Below are positions 51,108 through 60,107 of a stretch of DNA of 64,000 nt, piece by piece. The number at the start of each line of letters is the position of its first letter. The first letter of the stretch is position 1. Source of the DNA: Lachnospiraceae bacterium (GTDB lineage Bacteria > Bacillota > Clostridia > Lachnospirales > Lachnospiraceae). The stretch spans positions 27,054-91,053 of the forward strand of contig SVEF01000013.1 in assembly GCA_015057585.1 (NCBI GenBank). Reading direction: 5' to 3'. Under the pieces are notes generated by a model. The model did no database searches and was not told the DNA's origin. It saw only the letters and a list, made by a program, of their open reading frames with translations. A program made the position numbers and the translations under genes.

Positions 51108-52030
51108 TGAAAAGAATGGAAGTAAAAGCAGTGCAAAACAACAGAATCGGATGGCTGGATGCATGGAAAGGGTTTGCAACACTTTTGGTGGTGCTCGGAC
51201 ACATTGCGGATGGATATCTGGATGCAGGGATGTTTCCCGGGTATACGGGAGTCTTACAGACAGGCTATGATATTATTTACTCGTTCCATATGCCGTTGTT
51301 TTTTGTCTTAAGCGGATATGCCTTTTACGTTGCTTATGCAAAAAACAGAGAAGTAAAGAAACGGAGCATGTGGCTGCAGATAGGAAATATTGCCGTGGTT
51401 TATATTCTTTTCAGTGTATTGCAATGGTGCTTTAAGATGGTATTTGCCGGACAGGTGAACACGACATACACATGGAAACATTTATGGATGATTCCGGTAA
51501 GGACCATGGCTCCGTACTGGTATCTGTATGTTTTGGTATTGCTGTATATGGTTACATGGTTTATAGAGCGGGTAAAACAGCCGGAATGGCTGAAAGTGTT
51601 TTTTTTTCTCGGTTTATATTTTTTAAGTGATTTGTTGCCGGATAGTATATTATTTGAAATAAAGAGAACTTTATATTATAGTTTCTTCTTTTATTTTGGA
51701 ATTTATCTTGCAAAAGCAGTGGCACCGGTTTTGGCAGAGAAACTGGAACCGCTCATAAAACATTACCGGAAAATACCGAAACCGGGCGTGCTTCGGTGGA
51801 TTGGCACTTACAGCCTGGAGATTTATGTCACTCATTGTTTTATTACTGCGGCAAACCGGAGGATTTTACCGGCAATCGGTATTACAAACTTCTATTGTAA
51901 TATAGTAACTAATTTTATTATGGCGGTTCTTTTGCCGGTAGCGGCAGCCTGTATATTGAAACATTTACGGTTGCATTCGTGGATTTTCCGACCGGTAACG
52001 TCATTAACAAAACATACCAGTGTAAGGTGA
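51107..52030 (+). CDS. Acyltransferase family 3 membrane protein (OatA-like O-acyltransferase)
   Basis: N-terminal GWLDAWKGFATLLVVLGH motif and about 9 TM helices. Confidence 0.65.
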   Translation: MKRMEVKAVQNNRIGWLDAWKGFATLLVVLGHIADGYLDAGMFPGYTGVLQTGYDIIYSFHMPLFFVLSGYAFYVAYAKNREVKKRSMWLQIGNIAVVYILFSVLQWCFKMVFAGQVNTTYTWKHLWMIPVRTMAPYWYLYVLVLLYMVTWFIERVKQPEWLKVFFFLGLYFLSDLLPDSILFEIKRTLYYSFFFYFGIYLAKAVAPVLAEKLEPLIKHYRKIPKPGVLRWIGTYSLEIYVTHCFITAANRRILPAIGITNFYCNIVTNFIMAVLLPVAAACILKHLRLHSWIFRPVTSLTKHTSVR

Positions 52031-52093
52031 GCAAAACTGCAAATACTACTAGCGTAACATCAAAAACAAATTTTATTTTTGGAGGTAAGAGTT

Positions 52094-52258
52094 ATGTCTA
52101 GAAGTAGAAACAGAGTCGAAGTTCCTGAAGCAAAGAGCGCTATGGATCAGTTCAAGATGGAAGTTGCATCTGAACTCGGTGTGCCTTTAACAAACGGTTA
52201 CAATGGTAACCTTACAAGTGCACAGAACGGTTCTGTCGGCGGCGAGATGTACCGTTAG
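52094..52258 (+). CDS. Small acid-soluble spore protein, alpha/beta type (54 aa; absent from the ORF track)
   Basis: MSRSRNRVEVPEAKSAMDQFKMEVASELGVPLTNGYNGNLTSAQNGSVGGEMYR carries the conserved SASP alpha/beta core (EIASELGV ... TSRQNGSVGGEM). The GGAGGTAAG RBS sits 3 nt upstream. Confidence 0.85.
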   Translation: MSRSRNRVEVPEAKSAMDQFKMEVASELGVPLTNGYNGNLTSAQNGSVGGEMYR

Positions 52259-52364
52259 ATTTAAAAGCCTTTATTTATGCGGTTTGTAGCAGTTTTGTTT
52301 TATGTTTTTACACCAAATTTACACCAATTTTTTAAAAGCGTAAAAGAGTATTGCAACTTCCTAA

Positions 52365-52396
52365 AAGCCTATAATTTTTATAGGCTTATATTTTTT
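52365..52396 (+). terminator. Terminator hairpin at the left edge of the AT-rich island
   Basis: AAGCCTATAA-ttt-TTATAGGCTT followed by ATATTTTTT, immediately preceding motif copy 1. Confidence 0.55.
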
Positions 52397-52397
52397 A

Positions 52398-52434
52398 CTC
52401 ATAAACTTAAACACACAATTATCTAATATATAAG
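52398..52434 (+). repeat. Island motif copy 1 (CTCATAAACTTAAACACACAATTATCTAATATATAAG)
   Basis: Member of a 9-copy family with consensus CAYAnrAMTTAAACAnnnnnnnnATCTAATAnrTAGr. Confidence 0.8.
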
Positions 52435-52471
52435 TCAATGTAGTGTATTTTCATATATGGAAGGTTTTTAC

Positions 52472-53029
52472 ATGAATCGCGCATCTCAATTAAAAAAATT
52501 ACTTCAAGCAAAAGAATCTCTAATCCTTTCTAAAAAATCAGATAACCCGTCCTACAGTAGTAAAGATAAATATCATGCAACTTTAAATAATTTTTTACAT
52601 CAAGAAATTCCCTTTATCCGAGATATTATTGACATTATGAACGTTGCACCAAATAATGGTGACGACTTTAGGAATACTCCATATCAGAGAACGCCTATTT
52701 CAGTCATAAACGAAGCTGGTAGCTTTTTTGTAGGATACCTTGGAAAAGGACATCGGATTGATGAGAAATTTGGATTTGCAGTGGGGTTTGATTTTGAAAC
52801 CTCAAAACCTATCGTTAAGAATTTCATTCGAGATAATCGTTGCAGTTATAAAACCTGTCCTCTCGAAGAGTCTTCTAAAACACTCCAAAAAGATTTGGAA
52901 GACTTTATAGAAATGTTTCAAACTTTTAAAGTCGATTTTTATGCCTGTTATGAAAACTTAATGTTAGCTCTTTCTGATGAAATCGATTTGCTTAAAAATG
53001 AATGTACCCCACCCGTAATGAATGTGTAG
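52472..53029 (+). CDS. Hypothetical protein (island cassette 1)
   Basis: AT-rich ORF. ATG at 52472 with GGAAGG 7 nt upstream; the track ORF begins at 52457. Confidence 0.45.
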   Translation: MNRASQLKKLLQAKESLILSKKSDNPSYSSKDKYHATLNNFLHQEIPFIRDIIDIMNVAPNNGDDFRNTPYQRTPISVINEAGSFFVGYLGKGHRIDEKFGFAVGFDFETSKPIVKNFIRDNRCSYKTCPLEESSKTLQKDLEDFIEMFQTFKVDFYACYENLMLALSDEIDLLKNECTPPVMNV

Positions 53030-53214
53030 CCTTGCCGAATTGTTGAAATACCTGTCGATATAAAATTGTTTACATTTTTCCTTTTGAGTGATACTCTCTA
53101 TATAAGGAAAAAGGAGGCTAATAAACAACAATACCCAGTCGAAAAAATCCCCTTTTGTAGGGGACAGACTCCTAAAGATGAATAACAAAAATGATTATGA
53201 ATTAGGAGGTTATT

Positions 53215-53430
53215 ATGGCTAGAGGTAAAAGAAATCTTCCTTTAGAAACACAGCTAGAACAAATTACTCAAAACATTGCAGCTATGGAGGAAAATTTAGT
53301 AGAATTAAAGAAAGCTAAAAATGAAATTGAAGAACAAATCAGAATGAATCAGTTGGCTGAATTAAATGATTTAATTTCTGAAAAAGGATTGAGTTTTGAA
53401 CAAGTGAAAGAGTTATTAAATAAGGAGTAG
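53215..53430 (+). CDS. Small coiled-coil protein (71 aa)
   Basis: AGGAGG RBS. Heptad-rich (LEQITQNIAAMEENLVELKKAKNEIEEQI). Terminator at 53425-53452. Confidence 0.45.
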   Translation: MARGKRNLPLETQLEQITQNIAAMEENLVELKKAKNEIEEQIRMNQLAELNDLISEKGLSFEQVKELLNKE

Positions 53431-53457
53431 TCCCAAGTGACTACTCTTTTTGTTTTA

Positions 53458-53495
53458 CTCACAGACTTAAACAAAATTCTATCTAATAGATAGAG
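53458..53495 (+). repeat. Island motif copy 2
   Basis: CTCACAGACTTAAACAAAATTCTATCTAATAGATAGAG, directly after the terminator. Confidence 0.8.
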
Positions 53496-53518
53496 ACATA
53501 AAATGCAACTCTGGAATA

Positions 53519-53548
53519 TTAGACAATAAGGTAATTTTATTGTATAAT
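53519..53548 (+). promoter_or_regulatory. Sigma-A-type promoter (TTAGAC, 18 nt spacer, extended -10 TGtATAAT) for the HipA-like gene
   Basis: ttagacaataaggtaattttattgtataat, about 25 nt downstream of motif copy 2. Confidence 0.5.
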
Positions 53549-53594
53549 TGAGTTGTAATCCATTTGAAAACATATATCAACAAGGAGAATGTTT

Positions 53595-54800
53595 ATGAAT
53601 GTAAAAAATTTAACACTCATGATGAAAGATACCCCAGTTTTATCCGTAAATTTAGACGAAGGGGAATATATTGTTCTGAATGAAAACTTGCTTCCTTTTG
53701 ATATGAAAGGCCGATTACGCAAACAACCAGAATTAACCGGGAATGTAAGTTATGACGCAAAACAATTAGCAATTTCCGCTATCAAAAATTATGAACAGTT
53801 ACTTGCTTTTTTATCGCATAGAGTATTACCAATTAGTAGAGAAAACGCAAAAAAAATTTATCAGTTATTTGGGGTAGAACAATTACAGGATGAAGTTTCA
53901 AAAGCTAAAATAGCAATCTTGTGCAGAGCCGTGTCTTTGCAAGATAATTACTGGGTGAAATTAGAAGATGAAAAAATAACTTGGAACGACGTTAATCTTA
54001 GAACAAACAGCCTCAGCGAAATTGTTACTCAAGTCTCCTTGCACGGAAGTTCATTATCCCTATCCGGTATGGTTCATACTCCAGAACTTACTGGACAAGG
54101 AGCTTATGCTAAAGCTTGGATAAGAGAAGAGGATGGATTATATCTACACAAAAGAGGGGCGAATGGTTCTTGGGAATCGAAAATTGAAGTTATGGTTTCA
54201 AATTTATTAGATTTTTGTAATGTCCCACATTTGAAATACGAGTCTTCTTCTTCTGTAGATATACAAACTCAAGAGTCCGTTTATACCTGTAAATGTAAAT
54301 GTATGACTACAGAAGATATTTCCATCCTTTCCGGAATGGATTTTACTTCTTGGTGTAATGTTAGAGGTGTAGACCCTTATAAAGAAGCTTTAAAAATTGA
54401 CCCGGAAATGATATATAAAATGTGGATAGTTGACTATTTGATTTCAAATCGAGATAGACATGGATTAAATTGGGGCTTTTTTTATGATTGTAATACTATG
54501 GAGATTTTAGGATGCCACCCTCTCTACGACCACAATAATGCTTTTGATAATGCCTTGATGTATGATAAAGACGCAACTTATTTATACGACCAAAGGATGA
54601 CTATGAGAGAAGCTGCAAAGCGAGCTATGGAACACGTTGATTTTCACTTTACGAAAGAAATCACCAGAGACGATTTTCTTACCGAAAGACAATATAAATC
54701 TTTTATGGACCGAACCCAAGAGCTTGGTATAAAAATTAAATCATCAATGTCAGAGGCCGAATCAGAAGGAATTGTTCCATCGACATTAACGTTTTCGTAA
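53595..54800 (+). CDS. HipA-like Ser/Thr kinase domain protein
   Basis: C-terminal WIVDYLISNRDRHGLNWGFFYD matches the HipA catalytic loop (D-x-H-x-x-N). ATG at 53595 with AAGGAGA 7 nt upstream. Confidence 0.5.
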   Translation: MNVKNLTLMMKDTPVLSVNLDEGEYIVLNENLLPFDMKGRLRKQPELTGNVSYDAKQLAISAIKNYEQLLAFLSHRVLPISRENAKKIYQLFGVEQLQDEVSKAKIAILCRAVSLQDNYWVKLEDEKITWNDVNLRTNSLSEIVTQVSLHGSSLSLSGMVHTPELTGQGAYAKAWIREEDGLYLHKRGANGSWESKIEVMVSNLLDFCNVPHLKYESSSSVDIQTQESVYTCKCKCMTTEDISILSGMDFTSWCNVRGVDPYKEALKIDPEMIYKMWIVDYLISNRDRHGLNWGFFYDCNTMEILGCHPLYDHNNAFDNALMYDKDATYLYDQRMTMREAAKRAMEHVDFHFTKEITRDDFLTERQYKSFMDRTQELGIKIKSSMSEAESEGIVPSTLTFS

Positions 54801-54820
54801 TAATTTAAGAGGTGTTTATA

Positions 54821-55291
54821 ATGATAGCAGGATTTCGAAATGAATATTATTTTTTAAGTAATTTCTATATTTGCAATATCAATTATAACGGTAAAACTTA
54901 TCAAAGTGCTGAGGCTGCATTTCAAGCTCAAAAGTCATTGGATGAAAATATTCAGTGGCAATTTACCGGATTGTCTCCAAGAGATGCCAGAACCCAAGGA
55001 AAAAGAGTTCCACTCAGACCGGATTGGGAAGAGGTGAAAGAAGACATTATGAAAGAAATTCTTATCATCAAATTCTCCAAGCCGGAATTGAAAGAAAAAT
55101 TACTTGAAACCGGAGATGAGTTTTTAGAAGAAACAAATGGATGGCATGATAACCATTGGGGGAATTGTAACTGTGAACGATGCCGGAATATTCCGGGTAA
55201 AAACATGCTTGGTAATTTATTGATGGATGTTCGTAAGAATTTTCAAGAGGAAATATTCAGGAATGAGAACCCTCCATATATGCAATGTTAA
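54821..55291 (+). CDS. NADAR (YbiA/DUF1768) family protein
   Basis: FLSNFY...YQSAEAAFQAQK...W...HWG pattern. ATG at 54821 with an AAGAGGTG RBS. Confidence 0.6.
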   Translation: MIAGFRNEYYFLSNFYICNINYNGKTYQSAEAAFQAQKSLDENIQWQFTGLSPRDARTQGKRVPLRPDWEEVKEDIMKEILIIKFSKPELKEKLLETGDEFLEETNGWHDNHWGNCNCERCRNIPGKNMLGNLLMDVRKNFQEEIFRNENPPYMQC

Positions 55292-55334
55292 TAAATATTT
55301 TTTTGTAATCATTTTATTTAAAATATTTCTTAAT

Positions 55335-55375
55335 ACACATGAACTTAAACAGAAGGCCATCTAATAAGTAGAAAC
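55335..55375 (+). repeat. Island motif copy 3
   Basis: ACACATGAACTTAAACAGAAGGCCATCTAATAAGTAGAAAC. Confidence 0.8.
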
Positions 55376-55458
55376 TGATATTATTTAAAGAAATGAGCTA
55401 TTACCTCATGTTAAAAGAAATTATGTTTGGCAACTGCACCTAAAGGAGAATATGTTTT

Positions 55459-55878
55459 ATGAAAAGTTCGCCTGTTATTCTTGACAATATGGTCTATTAC
55501 AATGGAGCAGAACAATATAAAAACGAAAAATGGGTATTCTTTTCAAACTATCCCCACAGTCATAGTGTTGAAACCGACATTACAATTATACATTCCGGTT
55601 TGATTTGTAGAGTCAATCCCACAACTACTGACCGATTTGGAAAGACTTTACCGGATAACTTTGCGGTAGAACTTCCTGCCGACCTTGGATTGTATGAACA
55701 ATCAGATGCTGTCAACAAAAAATTCGATTTGTGTACTGAACTCAGAGAAGAGTATGAAAAACGATTTTACGAACAAGGTATTGTCCCTGAAGGGTATTTT
55801 AGTTGGGAAAGACCTTGTTATCTTGGATGTGAAAAAGAATATGGTTTAAAAAAGCCGGAAAAAACCAACAAAGCGTAA
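55459..55878 (+). CDS. Hypothetical protein (139 aa)
   Basis: AAAGGAGAA RBS 8 nt upstream. No recognisable domain. Confidence 0.4.
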   Translation: MKSSPVILDNMVYYNGAEQYKNEKWVFFSNYPHSHSVETDITIIHSGLICRVNPTTTDRFGKTLPDNFAVELPADLGLYEQSDAVNKKFDLCTELREEYEKRFYEQGIVPEGYFSWERPCYLGCEKEYGLKKPEKTNKA

Positions 55879-55901
55879 TCACAAATGCAGGAGTTTGTCT
55901 T

Positions 55902-57326
55902 ATGAATAAACACGATTTGGTCTATGAAAAAATGCGAGGAGCATACATTAACCTAATGAACTATCACTCTTATAGTGTTCAAGAATTATATCTAACTTTA
56001 GAAAAAATTTTTGACGAATGTTATAAACAAGGTCTTGTGAAAGAAGGCTACGAGTTTATTTGCGATGTAGGGTGCAATGTAGCGTTACGATTTGTGTTTT
56101 ATAAGGATATTACCGAACTTTATTCGACAAATCTTAAACAAAAAGACGAACCCGAGGGCTGTCTTGTATCGAGGGATATGCCTTTACGCTATGCGGCAAA
56201 TAAAGAAACTTCTACACTTCTTGGGTACGAAAGAGCTCTTAAAGATATGGGGTTACATATAGCAAAAACGGCCGAACGGTCATTTTTTGTAGCATTAAAC
56301 AAATTAAAACCCGGAGTTGTTGTTGCTTTTACGGAAGGCAAAATGTATGTTTGCCGTGAAAATAAAGACTTAAAAATAACACTAGACCGTGTTTTTGACG
56401 GGGACATTAAAAATATCAACCCATCTGCATTCGTTAAAACAGAAACCATTGAATTGGATTTAACGGACTCTATTAGCGTTCAGCGATTTTACAATCAAAA
56501 TGCCAAAAATCTCACATGGTCTTGTGAAGTAGAGTACGCTGTTCTTAGTGACTGTATCAAAGAACTGGAAGGTTTGAAACGAGGAATTTCTCGATTCCAA
56601 TCAAAAGCTTTTCAAGTTGGACCGGTATCGTTCGTCGGGAAAAAATCTGTTTGGTCTAATCATGTAAAATGGTATGACAATACCGGTGCTCAAATTACAG
56701 ATGAACAACTTTCTTACCTAATCGGATTGCTTCATACACAACCAATTACAACAAAATATATCAGAAAAGAGCCGACATTCGAGAAGATTGCTTCTGATGA
56801 AGAATTTCGATTAAAAATCGAACGTTTACTAGACGACAAACAATATGACCTTGCATATCAAGAAATGTTAAAATATTCAAAAACACATACAAACGATTTA
56901 ATCATAAAAACAGATGGCTTTTTAAGAAATAATAAGAACGAATATATTGCCGGGTCTATTGTTTTTAGAGATGGACAAGCATTTCAACTATCTTATGAAG
57001 ATAACGATTTATCTAAAGATGTTGTAAAAACGTCTGAATTAAATAAATCGGATTTTATCGCACTTTGTCAATGTAAATATACCGAAACTTATGAACGGGT
57101 TTTTGCTAAAGCTGCAGAAGAAATTGAAAAAGAATATCATTTAAAATTAGAAGATATGACGGCAACGCAAAAACGAATTGTTAAGCAACAAGTAGAAAAA
57201 GAAATGGATAAAACCTCTGGCATTATATTAAAAAAAGAAAACATAATGTCAGGAACGACTGATGCTTCCGACATTATAAACGAAATGTCAGAAGACAACT
57301 CCATCAATATTTTGTTACAACGTTGA
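55902..57326 (+). CDS. Hypothetical protein (474 aa)
   Basis: Long AT-rich ORF with a GCAGGAG RBS. No recognisable domain. Confidence 0.4.
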   Translation: MNKHDLVYEKMRGAYINLMNYHSYSVQELYLTLEKIFDECYKQGLVKEGYEFICDVGCNVALRFVFYKDITELYSTNLKQKDEPEGCLVSRDMPLRYAANKETSTLLGYERALKDMGLHIAKTAERSFFVALNKLKPGVVVAFTEGKMYVCRENKDLKITLDRVFDGDIKNINPSAFVKTETIELDLTDSISVQRFYNQNAKNLTWSCEVEYAVLSDCIKELEGLKRGISRFQSKAFQVGPVSFVGKKSVWSNHVKWYDNTGAQITDEQLSYLIGLLHTQPITTKYIRKEPTFEKIASDEEFRLKIERLLDDKQYDLAYQEMLKYSKTHTNDLIIKTDGFLRNNKNEYIAGSIVFRDGQAFQLSYEDNDLSKDVVKTSELNKSDFIALCQCKYTETYERVFAKAAEEIEKEYHLKLEDMTATQKRIVKQQVEKEMDKTSGIILKKENIMSGTTDASDIINEMSEDNSINILLQR

Positions 57327-57344
57327 TAGAAAGGATATTTTTTA

Positions 57345-57872
57345 ATGACAGCTTCTTTTTATATTTCTTTTATTTTAGTCGCACTTGTTATTGCTACTTT
57401 ATTTGCAATTTATAGCGGCTATAAAACATCAGTAATAAAAAATAGAAACAACTATATATACATTACTTCTCCACTTATTGAACTATTCGGCCCTTTTGAT
57501 AAGGATATCTGTAATTATTGCTTGTATTTTGTAGATGCTGAATATATTCAAATTGAACACGATGATGAATATTTTTATAAGTCTGTAGAAAAAAATAGAG
57601 AATCACTAACTCAGTGTATTTTAGGATATCAGCAGATTTATGAACGATTAAAATCTGGAGAAACGATGGAACACTTATTTTATGACCCGGATTTATCTCA
57701 AATTGCTCACTCTTGTTTTGACGTCGGACCGAGAATCTTTGGAACCGTTATTAACAACAAAATTGTATTAAATAATGGCCGACATCGTTATGTTATTGCC
57801 AAAGAACTGGGAATAAAATTACCTGTATATATAGCGTCCGAGACGGTAATTAATATTGATTTAAACAAATAA
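57345..57872 (+). CDS. Membrane-anchored protein with a ParB/Srx-like nuclease-fold domain
   Basis: N-terminal TM helix. C-terminal LNNGRHRYVIAKELGIKLPVYI resembles the ParB N-terminal DGxHR motif. Confidence 0.4.
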   Translation: MTASFYISFILVALVIATLFAIYSGYKTSVIKNRNNYIYITSPLIELFGPFDKDICNYCLYFVDAEYIQIEHDDEYFYKSVEKNRESLTQCILGYQQIYERLKSGETMEHLFYDPDLSQIAHSCFDVGPRIFGTVINNKIVLNNGRHRYVIAKELGIKLPVYIASETVINIDLNK

Positions 57873-57936
57873 ACAACCACATAAAAACAAATGACAAAGA
57901 GGGTATTCATAGATACTCTCTTTTTTTTTGTTTGTT

Positions 57937-57974
57937 TCACACAGAATTAAACATATTTTTAACTAATATATAAA
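57937..57974 (+). repeat. Island motif copy 4
   Basis: CACACAGAATTAAACATATTTTTAACTAATATATAAAT, directly after the terminator at 57897-57929. Confidence 0.75.
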
Positions 57975-58035
57975 TAAAGACTATACAAAAGAACGAAGGA
58001 AGGGGAGATTACTCCCCTATTCCCCTCAATAAAAC

Positions 58036-58239
58036 TCAAAATAACGACAATATCGTTAAGCCTGTACTGACAGCGGCTCCGGACAACATGACATTACAGA
58101 ATCGTTTGGCTCTGGAAATTAGTTCGTTTCGTTGGACGAAAATTCCCACCAGAAACACAAATAAACTCAACATAGCCAGAAAAACAAATACTCCGGCAGC
58201 AAACAAAAATATAAATGTAGTTGACTTCATCCTTATCAC
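58036..58239 (-). CDS. Small hydrophobic protein (two TM helices) on the opposite strand
   Basis: AAAGGAGGTGATAAGG RBS on the minus strand. Hairpin AGGGGAGATTACTCCCCT at 57998-58015 acts as its terminator. Confidence 0.45.
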   Translation of the reverse strand: MIRMKSTTFIFLFAAGVFVFLAMLSLFVFLVGIFVQRNELISRAKRFCNVMLSGAAVSTGLTILSLF

Positions 58240-58334
58240 CTCCTTTAAAATAATTATCTGTTCAGAAGCTAGGTCTAAGTCAAGCTGATTTTTTTTATTT
58301 TTTTAGTTGTATTTTTAATAAATAAAATTCTATT

Positions 58335-58372
58335 ACACATAGAATTAAACAGATTTTTAACCAATATGTAGG
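58335..58372 (+). repeat. Island motif copy 5 (diverged 3' half)
   Basis: ACACATAGAATTAAACAGATTTTTAACCAATATGTAGG. Confidence 0.7.
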
Positions 58373-58490
58373 TAAACACAACTTGTTGTCAATCTTTACA
58401 AATTTTAATAATTTTATATTTTTCGACTTATAATACGTAGGAATATAGTCTCGTTTTGTCTGACATTTTAATAAAAGTATGTGTTTTTTA

Positions 58491-58519
58491 TTGACATATT
58501 GAATAATATGATTTATAAT
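58491..58519 (+). promoter_or_regulatory. Consensus sigma-A promoter TTGACA, 17 nt spacer, TATAAT
   Basis: ttgacatattgaataatatgatttataat, which lies inside the track ORF 58481.. and implies the true start is downstream. Confidence 0.55.
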
Positions 58520-58585
58520 GAAACCTGCACTATTATGGATTTTTGTGTCCTATTGGTGACAACACACAAATGGAGAAAATTTAAG

Positions 58586-59080
58586 ATGAATTCAAAAGAT
58601 GATTTTGAGCGATATTCAAGCCTGTATTACTATCAATTATACAAAAGTGCTTATGCTCACAAAAAATTTATATACGGCGCTATCACAACCATAGTAATTC
58701 TTGGAGCACTCGTTCCTTTTGCGGCCCAATTCATTTTGCCGTTTTTCTTTCCTGAATGTAAAATTGCCGGGGCAGAAATTTGGAACCAATATGTAAGTAT
58801 TGTGTTGGGAGTTGTTGCTACTTTAATGAGTATCATATCATTAAAGCTTAGTTTTGACAATATGACCCAATCTTTTGAATCTGAACGAAGAACACGAGAG
58901 TTATTCGCAAAATTAGAAGGACACTTAATTGATATTGAACATAATCAAAACAACTTATTAACAAAAACAGATATTATGTCTCTTTTGAAAAATGGATATC
59001 ATTTTGAAGAAGAGAATGATATAATTTCCCAATGGAACTCACCAAAAGCAACAAGTAAGAGTGAAAGCAATGATATTTAG
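58586..59080 (+). CDS. Hypothetical membrane protein (164 aa, 2 TM helices)
   Basis: ATG at 58586 with a TGGAGAAAAT RBS, downstream of the promoter. Confidence 0.45.
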   Translation: MNSKDDFERYSSLYYYQLYKSAYAHKKFIYGAITTIVILGALVPFAAQFILPFFFPECKIAGAEIWNQYVSIVLGVVATLMSIISLKLSFDNMTQSFESERRTRELFAKLEGHLIDIEHNQNNLLTKTDIMSLLKNGYHFEEENDIISQWNSPKATSKSESNDI

Positions 59081-59094
59081 GAGGTTATGATTTT

Positions 59095-59601
59095 ATGTGT
59101 GTGCAAAATGTAAATGCAACGATTTCATTATTTTCAGACGTAAGAAATGCAGAAGTTCAAGGAGCTCAAGAATTCATAAGACCATTTGATATCATTGTTT
59201 CAAAAACAATCAATGACAACAAATATATTGGAGGTTTTTATATAGTAATAGATATTGTATTATTATCTACCACAAATGAAGGAAAAAAAGAAGACAATGT
59301 TGTTTATAACAAACAAAAAATAGATGTTATTGTTAGATTGACAAAATCTAGTAAAGACTTTCAAAAAAGATTATCTTCAGATATAGATGAATTTACAATA
59401 GATACCTCTAATGAAAACATTATAAAAAGAAATGCATGTGTTGAATATGTTGGATATAAGAAAATTAAAAAAATTGATATTGATGGGATTAAATTAAGTC
59501 CAGAAGCAGGAACAGGAGATTATATTTTCAAAGTATTAGTAAAACGACCATGTGATAACGAGTACCAAGTACAATCTGTTTATAATTTACGAATAGAATA
59601 A
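59095..59601 (+). CDS. Hypothetical protein (168 aa)
   Basis: AGGAGG RBS. Terminator hairpin at 59626-59657. Confidence 0.4.
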   Translation: MCVQNVNATISLFSDVRNAEVQGAQEFIRPFDIIVSKTINDNKYIGGFYIVIDIVLLSTTNEGKKEDNVVYNKQKIDVIVRLTKSSKDFQKRLSSDIDEFTIDTSNENIIKRNACVEYVGYKKIKKIDIDGIKLSPEAGTGDYIFKVLVKRPCDNEYQVQSVYNLRIE

Positions 59602-59921
59602 TAATGAAAAAAAAGAGAGTCAGGGAAATAAATTCCCCGACTCTTTTTATATTATAAATATTGTTTTAATCAATCCACTTAAGGGTTCCATAATGGCTAT
59701 AACTATTGTTGTTGATGTCATTTAAATAAGACGCCTTTATTATAGGCGTCTTTTTTATTCTACCAAAAAAAATGTAAAAACTATCTAAAAGTGTCGTATG
59801 GTGTCGTGTTTTATAATTTGTATTTTTTGCCAGATTCCTTTAACATATAATAGTTACGTTTGGTTATATATGTTGAGGAACTTTTATATTGCTCTTTTTT
59901 TTGTTGTCCTAATAACACCAA

Positions 59922-59961
59922 ACACATGAACTTAAACATAATATTATTTAATATATAGAAA
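59922..59961 (+). repeat. Island motif copy 6 (5' half conserved, 3' half diverged)
   Basis: ACACATGAACTTAAACATAATATTATTTAATATATAGAAA. Sits in tandem with copy 7, 30 nt downstream. Confidence 0.65.
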
Positions 59962-59991
59962 TGAAAGCCAAAATTCTTTCTATTTTTAATT

Positions 59992-60031
59992 ACACATAAA
60001 CTTAAACAGAGAGTTATCTAATAAGTAGAAC
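59992..60031 (+). repeat. Island motif copy 7
   Basis: ACACATAAACTTAAACAGAGAGTTATCTAATAAGTAGAAC, followed by an extended -10 TGGTATACT at 60071-60079. Confidence 0.8.
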
Positions 60032-60107
60032 AAATAATTAAAACGACCAGTATACGAAAACGACAAAATATGGTATACTGAATAAAGATTTGAAAGGAGA
60101 ATACCCT

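Noticed and set aside
58481-58585. 5' extension of the 58481..59080 ORF (MFFIDILNNM...)
   Set aside because: A near-consensus sigma-A promoter (58491-58519) lies inside this extension, and a good RBS precedes the ATG at 58586. The upstream codons are therefore most likely untranslated leader.
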